Under the pieces are notes generated by a model. That model saw only the letters and a list, made by a program, of their open reading frames with translations, was not told the origin of the DNA and ran no database searches. Positions 37,553 through 42,019 of a stretch of DNA of 42,019 nucleotides are shown piece by piece; the stretch's first letter is position 1, and each line of letters starts with the position of its first letter. The stretch is from a virus (lineage: Duplodnaviria > Caudoviricetes), in IMG/VR virus record IMGVR_UViG_3300017913_002507, positions 1 through 42,019 of that record; one strand, written 5' to 3'. Position numbers and translations under genes: made by a program.

Positions 37553-38086
37553 ATGGGAAAACTAGTTAGACTTACCGCTACTGAATTAGGTGGAGATATT
37601 GAAGAAGTAACCATTTACCATACTTCAATAGCTTATAGTAACCTTATATCCGAATCAGTACCAGCAGCAACCTTAACTGGTTCTGGTGCATTGTTTGAAG
37701 TTGATGATAATGTTACAACCTTTTTTGCATATGTTTCCGGAGGTTTATGTGTAGGTAATTCTGGCAGTGTTACAGCTTCAGTTTACTCACCAAATACAAG
37801 GTATTTTGAGTTTTCTACTTCCGGCAGTGACGAAGGTGGTACTATTGAAATGAGTTCTCCTTTTACTATAGCTGCAACTACATCATCATTTACAGCTTCT
37901 GTTAATTTCCTTACATATGCTTCTGCTACTGTTGTTGCAACTTCACAAACATATCCTGATGATCAATTTGTAGGGTGGTACTATTCTGGTAGCTCTACAC
38001 AAATTTCCACAAATAGTACACTTACACTTACACTAAATACCTTTACAGGTTCAGACGACATAGTGGCATTTTTCAGAGATGGATAG
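37553..38086 (+). CDS. Ser/Thr-rich probable virion surface protein (InlB B-repeat/Flg_new-like C-terminus)
   Basis: Ser/Thr/Gly-rich beta composition, QFVGWY motif, five [ST]GS tripeptides. Confidence 0.55.
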   Translation: MGKLVRLTATELGGDIEEVTIYHTSIAYSNLISESVPAATLTGSGALFEVDDNVTTFFAYVSGGLCVGNSGSVTASVYSPNTRYFEFSTSGSDEGGTIEMSSPFTIAATTSSFTASVNFLTYASATVVATSQTYPDDQFVGWYYSGSSTQISTNSTLTLTLNTFTGSDDIVAFFRDG

Positions 38087-38115
38087 TTGGTACTTTCAGT
38101 ATTTTTTACTATATT
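38086..38115 (+). promoter_or_regulatory. sigma70-like promoter TTGGTA-N17-TATATT
   Basis: TTGGTA 38087-92, TATATT 38110-15. Confidence 0.6.
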
Positions 38116-38132
38116 AATATAAAATAAGTTAT

Positions 38133-38306
38133 ATGTCAAAAATTACTGCAAGAGCTAGGTACACACAACTAATGGAGTGGTTACCTACATTAAAATCCTA
38201 TAGGGATAAGTACATGAAAAAAGATGACCCTAAAAGAGGTAAAAGATTTTCTAAAGCTGACCACTACAAAAAAACAAGAGAAAGATATGGCAACAAAAGC
38301 AATTAA
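38133..38306 (+). CDS. small basic hypothetical protein (57 aa, absent from the ORF track)
   Basis: Manual translation MSKITARARYTQLMEWLPTLKSYRDKYMKKDDPKRGKRFSKADHYKKTRERYGNKSN*; first ATG after the promoter motif. Confidence 0.6.
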   Translation: MSKITARARYTQLMEWLPTLKSYRDKYMKKDDPKRGKRFSKADHYKKTRERYGNKSN

Positions 38307-38547
38307 ATTTTATGCAACTTGGTGCGGACCATGTAAGATTTACGGCAAAGCATGGGATAAGGTATCACAAGAGTTAAACGAATCAGTAGAGTTTGTAGAT
38401 GTAGATATCGACAAAGACACTACAGGATTAGCTGCAGAGTATAAGGTTACATCAGTTCCTCATACAGTAGTTATTAAAGATGGGAAAACTAAAGCAGAAA
38501 CCGGTAGATTGAGTGTCGGTGAATTAAAAGAATTAATTTTATCATAA
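38287..38547 (+). CDS. trxA: thioredoxin
   Basis: KFYATWCGPCK and cis-Pro motif SVP; ATG 38287 preferred to 38224. Confidence 0.9.
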   Translation: MATKAIKFYATWCGPCKIYGKAWDKVSQELNESVEFVDVDIDKDTTGLAAEYKVTSVPHTVVIKDGKTKAETGRLSVGELKELILS

Positions 38548-38844
38548 ATGTTACGAAATCCAGATAGTATCCCTTCTTCGGATACAGTTATACAAGACCC
38601 AGTTATGGAACCGTATTTTATTACACGTTCTCAAACTGGAGGTTTTACCGTTTACGAAAGAGTTGTAAAAGGTGAGAATAAGACAGAATATATTAAAACT
38701 ATAAGTTATCCTTCAAACTTTGGTAATGCGTTAAAAACAATTGCTAGAGAAAAACTTAATGAAGAAGGTAGAACTTATGATTTAAAAAGTTATGTAAATC
38801 GTTGGGAAGAAGTAAAAAATTCCTTAATTTCGATAGTAGAATAG
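38548..38844 (+). CDS. hypothetical phage protein
   Basis: 98-aa ORF abutting the thioredoxin stop. Confidence 0.7.
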   Translation: MLRNPDSIPSSDTVIQDPVMEPYFITRSQTGGFTVYERVVKGENKTEYIKTISYPSNFGNALKTIAREKLNEEGRTYDLKSYVNRWEEVKNSLISIVE

Positions 38845-38877
38845 CGTTTGCCTATACGCTTTATAATACCTGGCAAA
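38843..38877 (+). ncRNA. putative H-type pseudoknot in the queC 5' leader (candidate cis-regulatory RNA)
   Basis: Stem 1 AGCGT(38843-47)/ACGCT(38856-60); loop TTGCC(38848-52) pairs with GGCAA(38872-76). Confidence 0.5.
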
Positions 38878-38893
38878 TTAAATATTATATAAA

Positions 38894-39703
38894 ATGGCAA
38901 AAAATGTTGTTATTAGTCTCTCAGGAGGGATGGACTCCTCAACTTTATTACTCAGGTGTTTATCAGAGTATGATAATGTAACTGCAATATCTTTTGATTA
39001 TGGTCAAAAACATAGAGTAGAACTTGAAAGAGCTCAATCATTAGTGGATTATCTAAACGATAATGTACACTTTAGAAATGGTGATCAAATTAAGTATCAG
39101 GTTATCAAATTAGACGGGTTAGTTAACCTATTAAATTCTAACCTTGTTCAAGGTGGAGATGATGTACCGGAAGGTCATTATGAAGAAGATAACATGAAAG
39201 CAACAGTAGTACCTAATAGAAACAAAATATTTGCTTCTTTGGTTCAAGCTGTAGCCTTATCTGAAGCGAATGCTAATGGAAACGATACAGATATCGCATT
39301 AGGTATCCATGCAGGTGATCATGCTATCTATCCAGACTGTAGACAAGAGTTTAGAGATGCTGACGATGCTGCTTTTAGAATAGGTAACTGGGAAGCAGAA
39401 AAAGTAGGGTACTTTACTCCTTACTTAGATACTGATAAATTAGGAATTTTAAAAGATGGACAAAAACTCATCAAAGAATTGGAATTGGATTTTAACGAAG
39501 TATACAAAAGAACAAATACTTCCTACAAACCTTACCCAAGTGGGAACTCGGACTACAAGTCTGCATCTTCTGTTGAACGCATTGAAGCGTTTATTAACCT
39601 GGGTGTGGATGATCCCGTTCAGTACGAGGACGAAACTGGACCGGTTGATTACCAAGTTGCGAAAGCACATGTTGAAAAATTATTAGCAGAACACGCAGCA
39701 TGA
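38894..39703 (+). CDS. queC: 7-cyano-7-deazaguanine synthase QueC-like
   Basis: SGGMDS PP-loop, FDYGQKH..E, TVVPNRN, H.GD..IYPDCR.EF. Confidence 0.9.
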   Translation: MAKNVVISLSGGMDSSTLLLRCLSEYDNVTAISFDYGQKHRVELERAQSLVDYLNDNVHFRNGDQIKYQVIKLDGLVNLLNSNLVQGGDDVPEGHYEEDNMKATVVPNRNKIFASLVQAVALSEANANGNDTDIALGIHAGDHAIYPDCRQEFRDADDAAFRIGNWEAEKVGYFTPYLDTDKLGILKDGQKLIKELELDFNEVYKRTNTSYKPYPSGNSDYKSASSVERIEAFINLGVDDPVQYEDETGPVDYQVAKAHVEKLLAEHAA

Positions 39704-40029
39704 AAAAGTTTATAATCCTTTTTTCACTATTGGTTAGTTCTCTTGCTTTCGGGCAAGAGGACATTCCAGTAAGTTTGTTTGGAGTATATGCAAACGGTGA
39801 TGGTGAGGTCTTACAGATTAGCAGAGATTTAGATCAGGTAATATTTCAACGTAGATCTAAATATAAGATAGAAGCAGTTGGTACTATTAAGTTAGTAAAT
39901 GGTGAATTACATATCATAAGAGCTGATGAAAAAGATGAGTATAGTTTAGCTTTTTTTATTGGTAATGAAAATATAGTAATTACAAAACCAAGATCTAAAT
40001 CAGCCTGGTTGTGGACTAGAATACAATAG
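39700..40029 (+). CDS. secreted hypothetical protein
   Basis: Signal peptide MKKFIILFSLLVSSLAFG-Q; beta-rich mature part. Confidence 0.7.
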   Translation: MKKFIILFSLLVSSLAFGQEDIPVSLFGVYANGDGEVLQISRDLDQVIFQRRSKYKIEAVGTIKLVNGELHIIRADEKDEYSLAFFIGNENIVITKPRSKSAWLWTRIQ

Positions 40030-40032
40030 GAT

Positions 40033-40647
40033 ATGTCTTGTAGGACTTTAATTGTAGGTACACCACGTTCTGGCACCAGTTCTTTACTTAGAGCTTTTGG
40101 TGCCAGTAACGGTTTTAAACGTTACGGAGAACCTTGGAACCGTTGGTTATATGAAAAAGTACTTCCTTTTCCATATGAATTTGAGGAAAACTGTAATGTA
40201 AAAACCCTTATACACACACTACCTAAAGAATATATTAACAAACCAATAACTGAGTTTTACGATCATCTTTTCCCACTTTTCGATAACATAATTTTATTGG
40301 GTAGAAAAAATTTTAAAAACCAGTTAGAAAGTTACACGTATCAACTTCATCAAGAACTTAATACTCCTACTAGAAATAAAGTAAAATGGCAACACCCATA
40401 CACCGTAAAAGGTGATTTACCAACTCATCTTTACGAAGATGAAATGCATAAAATGTGTAATCAGTTGACTTATTTATCAGAGCATAGTGGTATACCAATC
40501 ACGTGGTATGAAGATATTTATGTAGATGATCTAACAGTACTAACTAACTTTGTCAGTAAATTTAAAGGTATTAAGGATAAAAAGTCATTTTTCAAGAAAC
40601 TAAATCCACGTAACCGACTTAGAAAAGACAAATTATCGTTACTATAA
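40033..40647 (+). CDS. PAPS-dependent sulfotransferase-like protein (Stf0-like)
   Basis: 5'-PSB loop GTPRSGTS, GEPWN, L.R.N...Q..S (3'-PB-like), WYED. Confidence 0.75.
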   Translation: MSCRTLIVGTPRSGTSSLLRAFGASNGFKRYGEPWNRWLYEKVLPFPYEFEENCNVKTLIHTLPKEYINKPITEFYDHLFPLFDNIILLGRKNFKNQLESYTYQLHQELNTPTRNKVKWQHPYTVKGDLPTHLYEDEMHKMCNQLTYLSEHSGIPITWYEDIYVDDLTVLTNFVSKFKGIKDKKSFFKKLNPRNRLRKDKLSLL

Positions 40648-41690
40648 TGAACAAACAACAGTACTACTGTACAATTCCTTTTAAATACTCAGAGGTATTC
40701 AACGACAAACACTATCTTTGTTGCCCTGGGTGGTTAACTGAAGATGTTCATTCTACAGGTAATATTAAAAAAGATTTTTTTAGTGATAAGTCCAATAGAA
40801 TTAGAAGTAGTATTTTAGATGGTAGTTACAAGTACTGTAGTACAACTCAATGCCCACACCTTTCTTCAATAGAAAAAGGTATTAACTTAGACGGTAGGTT
40901 TATAGAAAAAAATGAGTACAATAAACAACTTCTCATTAACGGTGTTGGACTTAAAAATATTAATTTATGTTTTGATGAAAGTTGCAACTACAAGTGTCCA
41001 TCTTGTAGATTGGATTTTATAAATTTTAAAGGTAAAGAACTTAAATCAGTAGAAGATAAACTTTTGCAAGTAGAAAAAGAATTAGCAGCTACCTTAGAAA
41101 AAATGACTTTAACCGGTGGTGGTGATCCATTTTTTTCAAATAGTTTTAGAAAATTTTTATTAAGATTTGAACCTAAAAAGTTTCCTAAATTAAGAAATAT
41201 TCATATATTAACTAATGGTAGTCTATGGACTGAAACTTTATGGAATAAATTACATAAGATTCACCCTTATGTTAGAACTTGTGAAATTTCAATCGATGCT
41301 GCTACAAAAGATACTTATGAAAATAAAGTAAGATTAGGTGGTAATTGGGAAAAGTTATTGAGTAATTTAAAATTTATTACTTCGATTAATACCATTAAAA
41401 GATTTACTTTTTCATTTGTTACTCAGGATAGTAATTTTGAGGAGATGTTACAATTTTGCAATTTGTTCAATACTAACAGTAATTTAAAAGGTAAGAAATA
41501 TTCTATATTTTTCAACAGAATTACGAATTGGGGCACCTTTTCTGATTCGGAGTTTAGGGACAAGGACATAAGTGTTCCATCTCATAAGGATCATGAAAAA
41601 TTTTTAAATGTACTTTATAAAGTGAATAAAGAACCAAACGTCATACATAATTTTAATAATTTAATTACTGTTAACAAAACACTATTATGA
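40647..41690 (+). CDS. radical SAM protein with N-terminal twitch-like domain (paralog of 9346..10350)
   Basis: CNYKCPSC, GGGDPF, TNG, CEISID; N-terminal YCTIPF..LCC..CSTTQCPH. Confidence 0.88.
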   Translation: MNKQQYYCTIPFKYSEVFNDKHYLCCPGWLTEDVHSTGNIKKDFFSDKSNRIRSSILDGSYKYCSTTQCPHLSSIEKGINLDGRFIEKNEYNKQLLINGVGLKNINLCFDESCNYKCPSCRLDFINFKGKELKSVEDKLLQVEKELAATLEKMTLTGGGDPFFSNSFRKFLLRFEPKKFPKLRNIHILTNGSLWTETLWNKLHKIHPYVRTCEISIDAATKDTYENKVRLGGNWEKLLSNLKFITSINTIKRFTFSFVTQDSNFEEMLQFCNLFNTNSNLKGKKYSIFFNRITNWGTFSDSEFRDKDISVPSHKDHEKFLNVLYKVNKEPNVIHNFNNLITVNKTLL

Positions 41691-42019
41691 TATATTGGTT
41701 TACAGGACAGCCTTCCCATGGCAAAACAGTACTAGCAAAAAAGTTATTTGAAGCTAAACTTTTAGATTACCACATAGATGGAGATGATTTAAGAGCTCTT
41801 ACGAACAATAAAAATTATGGAATTGAAGGAAGAGTTTCAAACGTAGCAACAGCTCAAAAAATCGCTTTATATTTACACAATCAAGGTGAAGATGTAGTAG
41901 TTTCTTTAGTATCTCCTTATTTAGATCAAAGAGAGGAATTTAAAGAATTAGTAGGGCTTGAGAATATTGTAGAGTTTTACGTACATACTACTGAACCTCG
42001 AGAACGAGATCATTTTGCA
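41687..42019 (+). CDS. cysC: adenylyl-sulfate (APS) kinase, 3'-truncated at the window edge
   Basis: Manual translation MIYWFTGQPSHGKTVLA..HIDGDDLR..NY..EGR..N..VVVSLVSPY..QR; ATGA overlap with the upstream gene. Confidence 0.85.
   Translation, partial: MIYWFTGQPSHGKTVLAKKLFEAKLLDYHIDGDDLRALTNNKNYGIEGRVSNVATAQKIALYLHNQGEDVVVSLVSPYLDQREEFKELVGLENIVEFYVHTTEPRERDHFA

Noticed and set aside
38843-38877. Calling the queC leader a canonical preQ1-I riboswitch or a terminator
   Set aside because: It lacks the ligand-pairing C and A-rich tail of preQ1-I and has no adequate T-tract; kept only as a candidate pseudoknot.
28749-39686. Alternate-frame + strand ORFs 28749..28988, 33863..34171 and 39456..39686
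   Set aside because: Nested within uvsX, the helicase and queC, with no independent support.
3049-40076. Short minus-strand ORFs in the track (e.g. 17004..17357, 17439..17843, 18795..19418)
   Set aside because: All lie antisense to well-supported + strand genes and show no recognisable motifs; treated as shadow ORFs.
30008-41690. One of the radical SAM genes being queE or nrdG
   Set aside because: They are longer, carry extra Cys domains and lack the QueE-type SxQGEG start; no class III RNR is present in the window.
1-42019. Stop-codon reassignment as seen in some large phages
   Set aside because: Genes are full-length and densely packed in the standard code; TAA, TAG and TGA all serve as stops.
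1-42019. tRNA, rRNA, CRISPR array, integrase or transposase
   Set aside because: Intergenic gaps are short and I saw no cloverleaf, repeat-spacer pattern or recombinase/transposase motifs by eye.

Overview
AT-rich fragment of a large contractile-tailed (myovirus-like) phage genome, with all credible genes on the + strand. (1) 1-13104: a tightly stop/start-coupled gene run with two GT7 (beta-1,4-galactosyltransferase-like) glycosyltransferases that each carry a LamG-like insert, a stand-alone LamG-like protein, and seven radical SAM proteins with an N-terminal Cys-rich (twitch-like) domain. (2) 13215-24557: tail module (sheath, tube, chaperone-like pair, tape measure, baseplate-like genes). 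(3) 24603-38844: replication and nucleotide module (compact divergent family A polymerase, gp32-like SSB, RecA/UvsX, 5'-3' exonuclease, DnaB-like helicase, class Ia RNR, thioredoxin), interleaved with a 2OG-Fe(II) oxygenase-like gene, an eighth radical SAM and two cytidylyltransferases. (4) 38894-42019: Cys-less QueC, sulfotransferase, a ninth radical SAM and a truncated APS kinase. Best candidate for a new system (inference): phage-encoded virion glycosylation and glycan tailoring, with [ST]-G-S tripeptides clustered in the sheath and in a probable virion protein as a possible acceptor sequon. Also notable: an H-type pseudoknot directly upstream of queC, two intergenic promoter-like motifs (TATTTATA and GTTGGT[A/T]-N17-TATATT), and an 11-bp periodic operator-like array upstream of a small secreted protein. 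All assignments come from reading motifs by eye; no database searches were run.
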